The position numbers and the translations under genes are program-made. The notes under the pieces are model-generated. The model was not told where the DNA came from. It did not search any database and worked only from the letters and a program-made list of their open reading frames with translations. Positions 20,191-30,324 of a stretch of 64,000 nucleotides of DNA are shown here, piece after piece (the first letter of the stretch is position 1; each line of letters starts with the position of its first letter). The DNA lies in assembly GCA_003142595.1 (NCBI GenBank), contig PLMU01000009.1, positions 8,195 to 72,194 of the forward strand. Reading direction: 5' to 3'. The stretch is from Phycisphaerales bacterium (GTDB lineage Bacteria > Planctomycetota > Phycisphaerae > Sedimentisphaerales > UBA12454).

Positions 20191-20251
20191 AAAAAAGGCT
20201 GTCCTGGTTTGCCGGTGGAGGAGGTTAATCTGGCTTATCAGAACAGTCTTT
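20191..20251. terminator. Long hairpin after the terminase with a U-tract on the minus strand
   Basis: aaaaaaggctgtcctg...cagaacagtcttt. Confidence 0.6.
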
Positions 20252-20448
20252 ATATTTTAAATTACACTCCTCTATTCTGAAGGGCATAATTTAAAAACTT
20301 TAGATTACATCAGCCAATGTTTCTGATGTAATCGATTTTCATATTTGGGAATTGTGAATTCCCTCCTTCCAAAATCCGTACCCACTCATCTCGGTGAAAC
20401 GGCACCGACAAACTTTCTCTCAAAAAATTCCCATGCCAATCGAGAACA

Positions 20449-20492
20449 ATTATAAAAAGAGATTAAAAATCTTGCAATCGTGGTAAATACGG
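20449..20492 (-). promoter_or_regulatory. Sigma70 promoter TTGCAA-N17-TATAAT with upstream imperfect palindrome ccgtatttaccacg
   Basis: Points into an intergenic, hairpin-rich region lacking long ORFs. Confidence 0.55.
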
Positions 20493-20577
20493 AGATTAAA
20501 TATAAAGCTTGTTTTCGTGCCCCCAAGCGATGTTTTATGGAGATATTTCTTGTGAAAAATGGGAAAATCAGTTTTTT

Positions 20578-21579
20578 CTAAATTTTTTCCGGCGCAATTC
20601 CGGAGTCTATCGCTTTTTTTGTCAGTTCAACAAGATTATGGGCCCCCAGTTTTTGCATAATATGGGCTCGGTGGTCTTCGATGGTTCTGATGGAACGCTT
20701 TAGTTGAAAGGCTATTTCTTTGTTACATTTACCCTGCATTACCAGTTCCAGTATTTCGTTTTCTACCCGCGTTAATATTTTAGACGTAGTGATATCCCAT
20801 ATGGCACCTTCGATGTAGCCTTCTTCCGGACATATCTTCGCTGAAACTTTTATCCAATACTCCTCCCCGTTTAGCCGCCTGGCTTTCAGCTCGAAGCTAT
20901 CAACCTGTCCTTTCTCTTTCAATATCGCTATCAACTCATCACGGCGTTTAATGTCCGTGTAATATTTCGCCGAGCAGTATTCAGCCAGGCATTTTTCCCG
21001 GCTTTTATAACCCAGGTGCTTTACCAGAGTTTCATTGCATTCAAGCAATTTACCATCGCTGATTCGTGTTCTATATAACGCTACCCGGGCATTATTATAT
21101 AGAGACTTGTAATCATTCAACGACGACTCTAATTTCTGCTGCAGTAATTTTATTTCCGTGATATCCCGAATGTTGCCGACAACTGCCTCGATTTTACCGT
21201 TGGCGCCGATTAGAAAAGTTCTGTTAATGCCGAACCAGACCCAATGTCCTGCTTTGTGTTTGAATCTCTGTTCTATGTAACCAAAAAAATTCCTCGGTGG
21301 GATTTTTTCCGCCAATACCTCCATAATTTTTTTTTCAACCATTCCAAGGTCGTCGGGATGCACTCTTTTGCTTATTCCCTCCATACCCATTTCTCTTATT
21401 TCTTCGGGCGTGAAACCGCTAATTTCGGTTGTAGAAGGACTTACATATTCAAATTTGCCTGTTTTCGCATTCATCAGGTAAAATATGTCTTTGGAGTTTT
21501 CAATGAGATTCAAATAGTAATCGCTTGATTTGCCAGATAAAGAACTTTCCCTGCTGTCGTCTGAAGAATTTTTACCCAT
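20578..21579 (-). CDS. PAS-PAS-LuxR/FixJ-type transcriptional regulator
   Basis: VHPDD PAS/PAC; C-terminal NKEIAFQLKRSIRTIEDHRAHIMQKLG. Confidence 0.9.
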   Translation of the reverse strand: MGKNSSDDSRESSLSGKSSDYYLNLIENSKDIFYLMNAKTGKFEYVSPSTTEISGFTPEEIREMGMEGISKRVHPDDLGMVEKKIMEVLAEKIPPRNFFGYIEQRFKHKAGHWVWFGINRTFLIGANGKIEAVVGNIRDITEIKLLQQKLESSLNDYKSLYNNARVALYRTRISDGKLLECNETLVKHLGYKSREKCLAEYCSAKYYTDIKRRDELIAILKEKGQVDSFELKARRLNGEEYWIKVSAKICPEEGYIEGAIWDITTSKILTRVENEILELVMQGKCNKEIAFQLKRSIRTIEDHRAHIMQKLGAHNLVELTKKAIDSGIAPEKI

Positions 21580-21710
21580 ACTGGTTATCTATCTTGTCCT
21601 TATATACAAAATTAATACTGTTTTTTCAATGTAATCAGAATAAATGTATTTTCGCCAAATTCAATGGAAAACAAAAATAAAATTATAACAGAAAACACTA
21701 ATTACATAAA

Positions 21711-21739
21711 AAACCCCGGCAAAATCAGACCGGGGTTTT
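21711..21739 (-). terminator. Rho-independent terminator of the dockerin-protein operon
   Basis: aaaccccgg-loop-ccggggtttt. Confidence 0.75.
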
Positions 21740-21757
21740 AATTTACTTTTTATAATT

Positions 21758-23101
21758 TTACGGGCAGCTGCTTTGCGGCTGAAGATTGCATTTAAGCCAG
21801 TTTTCAGCCATAACTGCAAAATCCTGAAAATTCACTGTGCCATCACCACTCGGCGAAGGTGCGATATCAGCAGATGGAGAACCCGGCGTCTGTAGCCATT
21901 GGTTGACTAATATCGCCATGTCTTTAAAATCGACTCTGCAATCGCCGTTCAAATCGCCGGCTAACGTCTCAGGGCAATAGCTTGTCGCGACAAAGTTAAC
22001 TCGGCCGATGTCTCCGCCGGTAAGTTGGATACTTAATCCATCCACCAATCCTGTGAACCCGTTGGCCCATGCAGAGCCTGTTTGAACGGAAAACAAAAGA
22101 ACCTTCTGATTTTTATAGGCTGCGTTGGCGGTTAAATCTGATAAGAAGCCGTCTGTGTAGCTGCCGAAATACAGATTATTGGTTGAATCAAAGAACCGCA
22201 GTCTGTTGTTTTGGCTCGCGCCGGTAACCCATCGGTTCCATGTGTTGCAGGGGTCGAGAAGGTTTTGTGAGAAATAAGGTTCGCTGCCGATTCGTTTGCC
22301 ATACCATGAGCCGTGGATAGGCAGATTAGTATCGGGCATAGTGTAAATATTTAGGAACCAATCCGCTGCGTTAACGGTATGAGTTGTATTTTTTTTAGTA
22401 AAATAACTGATGCTTGAAAGTTCTCCAATGTTCACATCGCGTCCGAACAACGCCTGAGGACTGACATAATATTCGGATTTTTGTCCTGCGACTGTGGCGT
22501 TACCCTGCCAGCTTCCCGGGGCAAACTCTGCGGCATAATCGGCAGAGCCTATCGAATTCGCGACTGGTAATGCGGTAACAGTTGTGGTGGTCGGTGGAAC
22601 GGCTGTTGCCACGACCCAGGGATAAACAGTTCCTATGTCGCCCCCGAAACCGAGGCCGGATCCGTGGCCGGCTCCTTCAAACCCCATATAGGCTCGATAG
22701 GGATAAAAGCCCGCAGTCCATGGATCGGGGGGTATGTACCATTGCAAAGACTCTGTGTAGCCGCCGTTCACACCTTTTAAGTAGATGCATCCGTACGTCT
22801 CATTCAGCACGATTTGCGTTGGAGTGACGGAAAACGCATAGATGGAATTCGAGTTGATATATGGGTTGACCTCGACATTGGAGGCAGTGTAGGACTGCGT
22901 CCCCGACGAGATGGTGAATGAGGCAGAATCGATGACACCCGTCGTCGGATCGGCCATGATCGTGCCCGACACATGGATAGTATTTCTCGTCGCTGTATCA
23001 ATCTGGCTGACCGGGTAGTCGACTATGTAGTAAGTTTGAACTGCCGCCGAGGCAATAGTCGCCAGGACAAGTATCACACAAATTATTGTAAACTTTTTCA
23101 T
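21758..23101 (-). CDS. Secreted protein with C-terminal dockerin-like domain (copy 1)
   Basis: MKKFTIIC signal; AGDLNGDCRVDFKD...ADIAPSPSGDGTVNFQDF. Confidence 0.85.
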   Translation of the reverse strand: MKKFTIICVILVLATIASAAVQTYYIVDYPVSQIDTATRNTIHVSGTIMADPTTGVIDSASFTISSGTQSYTASNVEVNPYINSNSIYAFSVTPTQIVLNETYGCIYLKGVNGGYTESLQWYIPPDPWTAGFYPYRAYMGFEGAGHGSGLGFGGDIGTVYPWVVATAVPPTTTTVTALPVANSIGSADYAAEFAPGSWQGNATVAGQKSEYYVSPQALFGRDVNIGELSSISYFTKKNTTHTVNAADWFLNIYTMPDTNLPIHGSWYGKRIGSEPYFSQNLLDPCNTWNRWVTGASQNNRLRFFDSTNNLYFGSYTDGFLSDLTANAAYKNQKVLLFSVQTGSAWANGFTGLVDGLSIQLTGGDIGRVNFVATSYCPETLAGDLNGDCRVDFKDMAILVNQWLQTPGSPSADIAPSPSGDGTVNFQDFAVMAENWLKCNLQPQSSCP

Positions 23102-23131
23102 TTTAGTCTTCTCCAATTTTTTTCCTGATTA

Positions 23132-24001
23132 TTATTTAGGCACACAAGCAGGGTCGGAAGGATTCGTGTCACAATCTATCAACCAGTTGGCGGCCATAAC
23201 TGCAAAATCCTGAAAGTTTACTCTACCATCACCGCTCGGCGAAGGTGCAATATCAGCAGATGGAGAACCTGGCGACTGTAACCATTGATTGACTAATATC
23301 GCCAGGTCTTTAAAATCTACCCTGCAATCGCCGTTCAGATCGCCGGCCAGAATAAACATACAATCTGAAACGGTGTTGGCGTATACGATGAGACTGCCAT
23401 CATTCATGTTGCCCACAAACCTGAAAGTGTCCTGGTAGTCATAGAGTGTAAGGTCGGCTGTGTTAGGGCTATGGGCCCAATGTATTCCGCCATCGGATAC
23501 GAGGGTGCCGGAGAATTCGGAACCGTTAAGCACAAAGTCCGTGATGGAGGCGCCTCGGAGGGGACTGTTGTAATATGGAGATGATATAGACCAAGCGCAA
23601 CCTAACACGTTACGGGATGGACCAGCGCTGCTGTCTCTGTCCCAGGCAGCCACGTTCGCCTGGTTCATGGAAATATTGATGGTGAACTGGTTCAGCGACG
23701 ATTGATACAGGTGGTGCGTGTTGTAATTAGTGTAGGGGCCGGGGTAAAGATAGTCCCAGAGATGAGGATCCGTGGATAGTGCGAAATTAAACGCGCTAGG
23801 TTCGTACTCGGGGGGGCCAGACAAATCCTGGCTATACGTAAAATATTCCGTAGTCACATTCCCATCTGACGAGGACCCGTGGCTTATGTCACCATAGGTG
23901 GTTCTTCCAAGCTCAAACTCATAGGCTTGGGCAGTGCTAATTGTGCCCAGGCACAGCATCGCGATTGTTACTACTGCACAAATTGTAATTAACTTTTTCA
24001 T
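23132..24001 (-). CDS. Secreted protein with C-terminal dockerin-like domain (copy 2)
   Basis: MKKLITIC signal; same C-terminal module. Confidence 0.85.
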   Translation of the reverse strand: MKKLITICAVVTIAMLCLGTISTAQAYEFELGRTTYGDISHGSSSDGNVTTEYFTYSQDLSGPPEYEPSAFNFALSTDPHLWDYLYPGPYTNYNTHHLYQSSLNQFTINISMNQANVAAWDRDSSAGPSRNVLGCAWSISSPYYNSPLRGASITDFVLNGSEFSGTLVSDGGIHWAHSPNTADLTLYDYQDTFRFVGNMNDGSLIVYANTVSDCMFILAGDLNGDCRVDFKDLAILVNQWLQSPGSPSADIAPSPSGDGRVNFQDFAVMAANWLIDCDTNPSDPACVPK

Positions 24002-24128
24002 TTTAGTCTTCTCCAATTTCTTTGAGCCACGAAAACTCAAAGTTATTTTTTCACTATGCCGTTTCAAAAAGAACTGCCGGCGTGAAAGTTTTTTCAACGG
24101 CCGCAACATTCCTATTTTTTCCTGATTG

Positions 24129-25058
24129 TTATTTAGGCACACAAGCAGGGTCGGAAGGATTTGTGTCACAATCTATCAGCCAGTTGGCAGCCATAACTGC
24201 AAAATCCTGAAAGTTCACTCTACCATCACCGCTCGGCGAAGGTGTAATATCGGCAGAAGGCAATCCGGGTGGTTGTAGCCATTGTTCGCACAAAACTTTC
24301 AGGTCCATAAAATCCACCCTGCAGTCATCGTTCAGATCGCCTGCTATAACAAACAGACACGTAGCAGCATAGCTCGTGCCGTTAAGTTCCACACTTGAAA
24401 CAATAGCTTTCATGCCGTCAAAATTGCCGCTGGTACCCACGACAAAGTCGATTGAATAGACTAAATCTGTCCCGTCGATGTCATTGACCGGCAACATACC
24501 AGGAACGATCGTTGAGAAAGGGCTCCAAAAATTGCCGAAACCATTGCGAGCGTCGTTGGCGTTCCAATAGTAATAGTTTCCCAGGGCATCCCTGGTGACG
24601 AACGTCAAATCTGGAGTCCCCGCACCAGGGGGGTTGTTGTCGCCAGATAAGAAATTGTCCCCGCGGTTTGAACTAGCTACATAGCCGAGGGTTGCCGGGT
24701 TGTGGTTCTGCGCCATCCAGTCGATTCCCGTTCCTTCGAGGGTTGCATCGCCGTCCGCATCGGTATTCAACACGACTTCCAAAGCAAAGCCGCCCGCGCC
24801 AGCGGTTGTGATCTTCGAAGTGTACGAAAGCGACGTGATGGCATTGAGTGCTATCCCTCCGTCGATATTCAGCCGGACGTAAGCACTTCCAGCAGTGCCG
24901 GTGCCTATTGCAGTGGACAGTTCAACGCCGACAGGGGTAACAGTCGCCGTTGCTCCGGTACCTACGGTACCGTATGAAATTTTGTTTACAGCAGAGGAAA
25001 CCCCATTTACTGTTAGAATGACTGCAATTGCTGCACAAATTGCAATTAACTTTTTCAT
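24129..25058 (-). CDS. Secreted protein with C-terminal dockerin-like domain (copy 3)
   Basis: MKKLIAIC signal; last ~110 bp nearly identical to copy 2. Confidence 0.85.
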   Translation of the reverse strand: MKKLIAICAAIAVILTVNGVSSAVNKISYGTVGTGATATVTPVGVELSTAIGTGTAGSAYVRLNIDGGIALNAITSLSYTSKITTAGAGGFALEVVLNTDADGDATLEGTGIDWMAQNHNPATLGYVASSNRGDNFLSGDNNPPGAGTPDLTFVTRDALGNYYYWNANDARNGFGNFWSPFSTIVPGMLPVNDIDGTDLVYSIDFVVGTSGNFDGMKAIVSSVELNGTSYAATCLFVIAGDLNDDCRVDFMDLKVLCEQWLQPPGLPSADITPSPSGDGRVNFQDFAVMAANWLIDCDTNPSDPACVPK

Positions 25059-25415
25059 TTTCTCTTCCTCCAGAGATAAATTCTTGTCTTTCAAATAATG
25101 AAAGACTGAAACGGCTTAGCAGAAGCGCGGAGAGATAATATAGATAACTTAGAAAACAGCGGTCCTTGCCTTGAAGTGGTTCCTGTTGAACAAATCTTCA
25201 TCTACTCCAACCTCCTGGCCTATTTTAACATATCTATCATAATTATACCCCTCGGCAGAGGTATATGTAAAGAGAAAACAAAATTATATTTCTTAACCTC
25301 TTGTTTTAAAAGAAGTTAAGGTGATTATTAGGATAGTAAATCCAAAATTTAAAGACTGTTTATAAATAAGTTGTCAAAACGCCTGCTTTGGTGTAAAAAA
25401 TGCAGGACTGAATAA

Positions 25416-26768
25416 ATGAAAATAAAACTTACACTCGTAATATTTGTTTTGGGCTTTTGCTGTTGTCAGGCGGTGCAGGCGTCTGAAAAGACAACTGGCG
25501 ATAGTAACGCTGCGCCGCGTGACTGGAAACATCCTGCCGACTGGATTGAACTGAGCGGAGATTTCAGGTTCAGGTTTTTGTATGATAATAATGCCAAGAA
25601 GCTCGACAACCAGGCCGTTGGACACGAGAGGATTCAAACCCGCTATCGCATCAGGGAACAAGCAAAATTCAAACTTACCGACGACCTCGATTTTAATATC
25701 CGAATTGTAACAGAGCCGCGTTATTATACCGAAGCTCATTCAGAGCATCATCACTGGGCATATAACGAGGCGTTATTTGATTTGTTTAATTTGACATGGC
25801 GCAACGCTTTCAATGCACCTTTGACTGTTGTCGCCGGCCGGCAGGAAATAAGACTCGGCAGCAACTGGCTTATATTAGACGGCACACCGCTGGACGGCGG
25901 ACGAACAGCTTTTTTTGATGCGCTGCGGTTTACATACAATTGGGCTGATAAAGATACAACAGCCGATTTTATATTGATTGACAATCACGCCGACAGCGGA
26001 AAATGGTTTGAGCCTTTTAACGACAAAGACATCGACCTTTCAGAACAGGACGAGCAGGGCGCTATTTTGTATCTGGCCAAAAAGACTTCAAAAGATTCCG
26101 GCATTGATTTATATCTCATTTACAAACACGATGCCCATCGAATCATAAAAAGCAGCGGGGCAGATGGTGAAATTTATACGCTCGGCGCAAGGTTCTACGG
26201 CAAATTAAATGAACACTGGGGATATAATTTAGAGTTCGCGCCGCAGTTCGGCAGAAAAAATCTAAAGAATTTTGCGGCCTTTGCGGCGAATAATCAGTTG
26301 ATTTACAATTTCAACGATGAAAAACAAAACAAAATCTATATCGGCCATGAGTTTCTTTCCGGCAATAAGGACCCAGACAAATATTTCGACAAGGCATGGG
26401 GACGGGTAGACTCCTGGAGCGTGCTGTATCAGGGCAACATAGATACAATCGACGGCAAGGCCTATGAAAGCTCCAATCTGCATAGGGTTTATCTTGACTG
26501 GGGGACCAAATTGAATGAAAAGACGGAGATGAAAGCCGGTTATGCCGTTTTGTTCGCCGACAAAAATACTAATAAGGCGGGCACCGGCGGTTTGAGCAAA
26601 AACGGAAAATTACGCGGCCAATTGGCCAGAGTTATAATTTCATACAAGCCGACCAACTGGCTGGAGCACCGTGTTGAAGGTGAAGTATTTGCGCCGGGTG
26701 ATTATTACAACAAACCCAAAACAGCCACCGCAGCCTTTTTCAGATATTCTCTGATACTCACCTGGTAA
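25416..26768 (+). CDS. Alginate export family outer-membrane beta-barrel
   Basis: Signal peptide; GDFRFR, GRQEIRLG..WLI.DG, FDALR; terminal W. Confidence 0.75.
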   Translation: MKIKLTLVIFVLGFCCCQAVQASEKTTGDSNAAPRDWKHPADWIELSGDFRFRFLYDNNAKKLDNQAVGHERIQTRYRIREQAKFKLTDDLDFNIRIVTEPRYYTEAHSEHHHWAYNEALFDLFNLTWRNAFNAPLTVVAGRQEIRLGSNWLILDGTPLDGGRTAFFDALRFTYNWADKDTTADFILIDNHADSGKWFEPFNDKDIDLSEQDEQGAILYLAKKTSKDSGIDLYLIYKHDAHRIIKSSGADGEIYTLGARFYGKLNEHWGYNLEFAPQFGRKNLKNFAAFAANNQLIYNFNDEKQNKIYIGHEFLSGNKDPDKYFDKAWGRVDSWSVLYQGNIDTIDGKAYESSNLHRVYLDWGTKLNEKTEMKAGYAVLFADKNTNKAGTGGLSKNGKLRGQLARVIISYKPTNWLEHRVEGEVFAPGDYYNKPKTATAAFFRYSLILTW

Positions 26769-26783
26769 AACGATTTGCTTGAC

Positions 26784-27479
26784 CTATTGTCCGCGTCCGG
26801 GACCACCGCCGCGTCCGCCGCCACCGGGAGCGGGCATTGATATACCGCGCTGCTGCATTCTTGCCCGCATATCATTCATAAACTGCTGGCGCTGTGCTCT
26901 CTGCAGTGCAGTGCCTCTTTCAGCCATTGCCCGCGCATTGGAAGGATTCGACCTTGCGGCCTGACGCTGCTGCTGGCGAGCTATCCGCTTCTGAACATTG
27001 GGGTCGTTTGCGTCTCGCGGCGGTCTTGGCGGCATCTGCTGACGCATCTGTTCCATATTTGCCCGCTGAGCCTGCATTTCATCTATCATTTGATCGAGAT
27101 ACGCGGTCTTTTGCTCTTTTGGCAATGTGAAATAAGTCTCCATTTTGTATTCCATTACCTGCCTGCCGCTCATCATTGAATACATCATCTGCTCTTGCTG
27201 CGATAATTGTTTAAATTGATCGCTGTTTTTGTAATCTATAATTTCTTTGGCGTTCTGCTTGTGCGGATCAGGCATATTAGCGTCATGCCATTGGCGCCTT
27301 GGCCGGTCAAAATCGTTTGGGTCTTCATTGCTGCCTTTGGATATATAATGATGTATTGTGCCCCATGTCGAAAGGCTGACAACCGCTATAATCGCTATAA
27401 TGAGCGCGATTTTTTTTCTGTTTGGTTCAGGCCGTTTGAGTTTGCCATGTATAGTATGTTTACCATTTAAATTTGCCAT
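26784..27479 (-). CDS. Hypothetical single-TM protein, Gln/Arg/Gly-rich C-terminus
   Basis: Operonic with the prepilin-type gene. Confidence 0.7.
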   Translation of the reverse strand: MANLNGKHTIHGKLKRPEPNRKKIALIIAIIAVVSLSTWGTIHHYISKGSNEDPNDFDRPRRQWHDANMPDPHKQNAKEIIDYKNSDQFKQLSQQEQMMYSMMSGRQVMEYKMETYFTLPKEQKTAYLDQMIDEMQAQRANMEQMRQQMPPRPPRDANDPNVQKRIARQQQRQAARSNPSNARAMAERGTALQRAQRQQFMNDMRARMQQRGISMPAPGGGGRGGGPGRGQ

Positions 27480-27481
27480 TG

Positions 27482-28183
27482 TTAATTCCTTGTTCTGTCA
27501 CCGACTAATGTATCGGCGAAAAGATACATAAATGAACCGAGTGAATATACGGTGCTGTTTTGGGCATTTATAAAATCATAATTTATTTCACCGGTGCTCA
27601 CATTTTTCTTGCCATGAAATCCGTCATAATCGTGAAGCATCCATACTTCCATCGTGCCGAATCTTTTTGCGAACCAATCGTCTTCAATTTTCTTTCCGCC
27701 CAACATAGTATTGTATTCGTAACTTGAGTGTTCTTCCTTGAAATAAGATGAATTTTTATCCGGCCATCTGTCGGCAGGACATTTGAGGGCTTGGGGGCCG
27801 GAAAGATATTTGCCGATAACGCCATAAAGAGAAACAGAGTTTGGGTCATCCTGTTTGTTGGAATAAGGCATATTATAAATTATCGGCATAACGTTTTTGT
27901 TGTCGTTGAGATACATTTGAAACCCGACCATGCAGCCGTGGAGATTTTCTTTGCACATGGTTCTGTAAGCGGTTCTGCGGGCTGCCGACAATGCCGGAAT
28001 TAAAATACCCAGCAGCATTGCGATTATCGACATAACAACCATCAGCTCAACGAGGGTAAACCCACTTGCCAATTTATGGCAAAACCCCGGCTTAACCTCC
28101 GCATCGGGGTATTGATGCGGAGGTTTTAAAGCCGTGGCTGTACAAAAAAATGAGTGGGTAAAGGTTTTTTTTATATCTTTCAT
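27482..28183 (-). CDS. Prepilin-type N-terminal cleavage/methylation protein (DUF1559-like)
   Basis: GFTLVELMVVMSIIAMLLGILIPALSAAR, CKENL, CPAD. Confidence 0.85.
   Translation of the reverse strand: MKDIKKTFTHSFFCTATALKPPHQYPDAEVKPGFCHKLASGFTLVELMVVMSIIAMLLGILIPALSAARRTAYRTMCKENLHGCMVGFQMYLNDNKNVMPIIYNMPYSNKQDDPNSVSLYGVIGKYLSGPQALKCPADRWPDKNSSYFKEEHSSYEYNTMLGGKKIEDDWFAKRFGTMEVWMLHDYDGFHGKKNVSTGEINYDFINAQNSTVYSLGSFMYLFADTLVGDRTRN
28084..28138. repeat. Palindromic REP-like insert within the prepilin leader
   Basis: ccccggcttaacctccgcatc-ggggtatt-gatgcggaggttttaaagccgtgg. Confidence 0.6.
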
Positions 28184-28418
28184 ATTTTTTTTACTTGTTT
28201 ACAGACTTTCAGATTTAATTCTGCCATTAGCAACAGTGGCGGGTTTTAAACGCCGGTAACAACTTTTTTTATTTTTTCAGCCATTGCCTATGCATCCCTT
28301 AGCGGATTGCGTCTTTCCAAGGTAAAAAGACGCTTAAAAGAGCGGGAATATTGCAGTGGAATGAGGATTTTTATAATTTTTTGTCGGCAAAGCCCGCCCA
28401 AATTGCCTATTTTATATT

Positions 28419-28838
28419 TTATTGCTGATTTGGTTTATCCTTGTCGACACAAGCCAATGCGGCTAATAATTTTGATGCTGTTGCCGGGTCGATTGCTGCT
28501 GACGGTTCGGCAGAATCATTTACATCATCAGTGTTTAATCCATCCTTCTGCAAAGTTATAATATCCATAGCGGCTTTGCGGGCTGTCTCCTGATTCTCAC
28601 TGCCGCAAAGCTCAATCAGCTTTGACGCGGCAAAAGGCGAATACTTCGACAATATTATCCTGCTCTGTCTTCTCGAAGCTCCGATTCTCTCTGCCATCTC
28701 ATCGGCAAAATCCTTACCGGCCAGCCATTTATGCCAGAGTTTTCTGGAGATGTCGTAGCGTTTCAAAACAACGATCTCATCTCCGCCGTTTTCAAATAAT
28801 TCATCTAAAACGATTAATTGTTGTTTTGTTAATGACAT
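28419..28838 (-). CDS. Phage HTH protein, candidate terminase small subunit
   Basis: N-terminal HTH-like (KRYDISRKLWHKWL..KDF) then AASKLIELCGSENQETARKAAMDII; SD AGGAG before MSLTKQQ. Confidence 0.5.
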   Translation of the reverse strand: MSLTKQQLIVLDELFENGGDEIVVLKRYDISRKLWHKWLAGKDFADEMAERIGASRRQSRIILSKYSPFAASKLIELCGSENQETARKAAMDIITLQKDGLNTDDVNDSAEPSAAIDPATASKLLAALACVDKDKPNQQ

Positions 28839-28890
28839 AGTAAGACTCCTTAAAAAAAATGAAGATTGAAAAATTGTAGATTGAGGAATT

Positions 28891-28964
28891 AGCCACAAAG
28901 GCATGAAGAAAAGTAATAAATAAATATATGTCAAAAAACTTTGTGTCTTCGTGCCTTAGCGGCT
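28891..28964. repeat. Imperfect inverted repeat (agccacaaaggcatgaag ... cttcgtgccttagcggct)
   Basis: Intergenic hairpin. Confidence 0.5.
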
Positions 28965-28973
28965 ATTGGTTAT

Positions 28974-29717
28974 TTATTTTTTGCGTCGCAGCATAAGTCC
29001 TGCGAATGCAAACAGACAAATCGTCGCCGGTTCAGGAACGACAACGATGTCATCGCTTGTAAGTGCCCCTATGTAAAAATCGTTATCCAATGCCGAACCG
29101 TTCTGCAATGTACCGGTTATTCTGCCGGTGAAATAGTCGTATCCTGACGGTATTGTTGCGTAACTCCTGAGACTGTCGCCGTGGTTTAAGGTCTGACCAT
29201 CGATTTGGAAATTACTGCCGTAAAGATAGATTATGCCGTTGTCAGCCGTTCCTAAAATGCCGTCAATTGTACCGCCCCTGATTACACATATGCTATTGTC
29301 ATATGCGTAAATATCACTTATACTGCCTTTCGGGGAATTAATAATCGAACCGCCGTTCATATAAATTCTGCTGTTATTATGAGCGGAAACATCCCCAATG
29401 AGTGAGCCGCTGTTAATCGTAATTATATTGTCGCCGTGCGTATCAATCGATACATTGAAGCCGTCAAGTGAACCGCCGTTAATAGTGACTGTACTTTTGT
29501 TAAAAGGCAGAATTATGCTTGCCTTTCCGCCGCTTAGCAGCTCAAGGTGTGTGCCCGGGTCGTTGGTTGTATTTTCATCCAGCCAGATAGTATCGTTTTG
29601 ATATGTGTTATTATTTATTGAATGAGTTTGGCCATCGTCAAAATAAACAGGATTTGCTGAAACAAAGTTAATTATTGTCAGCATACAAACAAAAACTGCT
29701 AAAACCATCGTTTTCAT
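28974..29717 (-). CDS. PEP-CTERM protein
   Basis: Signal peptide; xxGG repeats; VPEPATICLFAFAGLMLRRKK. Confidence 0.9.
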   Translation of the reverse strand: MKTMVLAVFVCMLTIINFVSANPVYFDDGQTHSINNNTYQNDTIWLDENTTNDPGTHLELLSGGKASIILPFNKSTVTINGGSLDGFNVSIDTHGDNIITINSGSLIGDVSAHNNSRIYMNGGSIINSPKGSISDIYAYDNSICVIRGGTIDGILGTADNGIIYLYGSNFQIDGQTLNHGDSLRSYATIPSGYDYFTGRITGTLQNGSALDNDFYIGALTSDDIVVVPEPATICLFAFAGLMLRRKK

Positions 29718-29937
29718 AACTTCTCTCCTTAAAAAATATTATTTATTTCTGTCCGTGGAATCTTCCGGTTACGTTGAGAATTTAAAAAATGGAAATATAA
29801 GGATAGACTAAAACTCTCTGCTGCGTGAATTTCACTTCTTCGGCCTCCAACCATAACTTCTCCGACTTCTGCTCCAAATACTAATGCGATATTATACCAT
29901 AAAAAGTATAATTGTTAACAAAAAATGTCTTAATGTC

Positions 29938-30324
29938 TTATTTTTCTGCGCCGGATAAATGCTTGTCGCATAGAGGATAAACGATAACCAGTTTTTCCGC
30001 CGCTAAACCCTGATACTTTGCGTAAATTGTAAATTGCTGCTGCTGATTTTGCTTGAACGTCTCAATAATTCCGCCCAGATTAATCACCGCATGCTTATCA
30101 GGATTAACCGTAATGCTTGCATCAGGAGTAACCTCTACGATTGAGCCGTTATCATAGATTGCTGCGACGTGAAAAACGTTTTGTGTATTTTCAGGCACGG
30201 CATTTGGGCCGATGATGTTAATGCTCGTTAATTTTGGTTTCACCTGCCCTGACGATGCAAAAACACAAAAGCCGGCGATTGCAAGAACCGCAAGAATCGT
30301 GGAAAGTAATATTATCTTCTTCAT
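29938..30324 (-). CDS. Small secreted Ig-like hypothetical protein
   Basis: Signal peptide; LTSINIIGP..V.E...AIYDNGS..EVT. Confidence 0.6.
   Translation of the reverse strand: MKKIILLSTILAVLAIAGFCVFASSGQVKPKLTSINIIGPNAVPENTQNVFHVAAIYDNGSIVEVTPDASITVNPDKHAVINLGGIIETFKQNQQQQFTIYAKYQGLAAEKLVIVYPLCDKHLSGAEK

Noticed and set aside
24002-24109. Tat signal (SRRQFFLK) in an upstream in-frame extension
   Set aside because: No hydrophobic helix follows, and the downstream ATG has an SD and a Sec signal shared with paralogues.
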